Assembly: GCF_001447785.1 (NCBI RefSeq)
Contig: NW_015167100.1
Span: 62,001-126,000 of the forward strand
Length of the DNA stretch: 64,000 nucleotides
Origin: Gekko japonicus
Taxonomy: Eukaryota
Direction: 5' to 3'
Made by a program: the position numbers and the translations under genes. Positions 63,190 to 64,000 of this stretch are shown here, one piece after another (the stretch's first letter is position 1; each line of letters opens with the position of its first letter). Below the pieces are notes generated by a model that saw only the letters and a program-made list of their open reading frames with translations, searched no databases and was not told the origin of the DNA.

Positions 63190-63735
63190 CTGCAGACTGG
63201 TGCCAACCTGAAAAATCAGCAGTGGCTGAACATAGCCTAACTCAAACAGGACACAGTATCTTATTCCAAGACACTGAAAGGCTGAACAAACGCATCCAAT
63301 CACCATGTCAGCTTACATAGGGAAGCCATTGAAATACATAAACATAGTTTCAACAGGAAAGAAGAGAGTTTTAAAATTAATAGGGCATGGTTTCCTGTCC
63401 TGAAAAACACAAAAGGCTCTACATCTGACAATAGCACTACAGATACGATTAGAATTTCAACAGCCAATCCATATGCAAAAGACTTCCTCAGGAAAGCTCC
63501 TCCATTAGCATGTCACAACCTGGGGAACTACTACAAGATAATGACTCAGTCCTACCCCACCTCCCTGAGTAGATATAAATTACCTGCCTACCATTTTTCT
63601 TCTCACCTTGACACAGAAAGTACTCCATCTTTCTGTGTTATACCTCTAAGGATGCCAGTCACAGCTGCTGGCGAAACGTCAGGTCCTACAATGCCAAGGC
63701 CATGGCCATACAGCCTGGAAAATCTACAACGACTA
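63190..63735 (+). mobile_element. Penelope-like element 3' end (GIY-YIG C-terminus and tail with hammerhead relic)
   Basis: EKSAVAEHSLTQTGHSILFQDTERL and REAIEIHKH; tail gatgccagtcacagctgctggcgaaacgtcagg. Confidence 0.8.
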
Positions 63736-64000
63736 ACTGAGAGAGCAGTTGCTGAACAGCTCCTGTTTATCCTGGATGAAATGCCAACACTCAGTCCACT
63801 CCGAACTGGTTTTGGCCTGGGTTTGGAACTGAGGTAGCCCTTGTAGCTCTCATGGGTGACCTCCAGCTTCAATTTAATTGGGGCAGTTCAGTGCTGCTGA
63901 TACTATTAAATTTACCAGCAGCTTTTGACACAGTTGATCATTCAACATTGCGTGCCACTGCCTTATTTTGGTTTGCCACATTCCTCCAAGGATGCAGTCA

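Overview
Vertebrate genomic DNA, most likely from a gecko or other squamate. The taxon is inferred from Sauria SINEs, Squam3-like tRNA SINEs, a 5S-derived SINE, Penelope-like elements and the TRPA1 protein sequence. The only protein-coding host gene is the 5' part of TRPA1 on the + strand: coding exons 1-10 from ATG 37072 to 62557, 1206 nt = 402 codons of ankyrin-repeat domain, all introns GT-AG and phase-compatible; the gene continues beyond the window. The ~37 kb upstream and the introns are full of decayed transposons: L1, CR1, L2, Gypsy pol and LTRs, Penelope-like elements with hammerhead-ribozyme relics, SINEs, hAT-type MITEs with 8-bp TSDs and a probable Helitron. Most worth checking: (1) an intron-1 CpG island that starts with a hAT terminus and carries a candidate in-frame alternative first exon for TRPA1; (2) a candidate distal TATA promoter with a non-coding exon 11.7 kb upstream; (3) a His at the position matching the Q391H change reported for infrared-sensing snakes; (4) a 3.6-kb composite hAT element containing a 1.2-kb foldback palindrome ~1 kb before the start codon; (5) a ~185-bp-stem hairpin in intron 7. 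Repeat-family names and cross-species residue numbering are from recall, not database searches.
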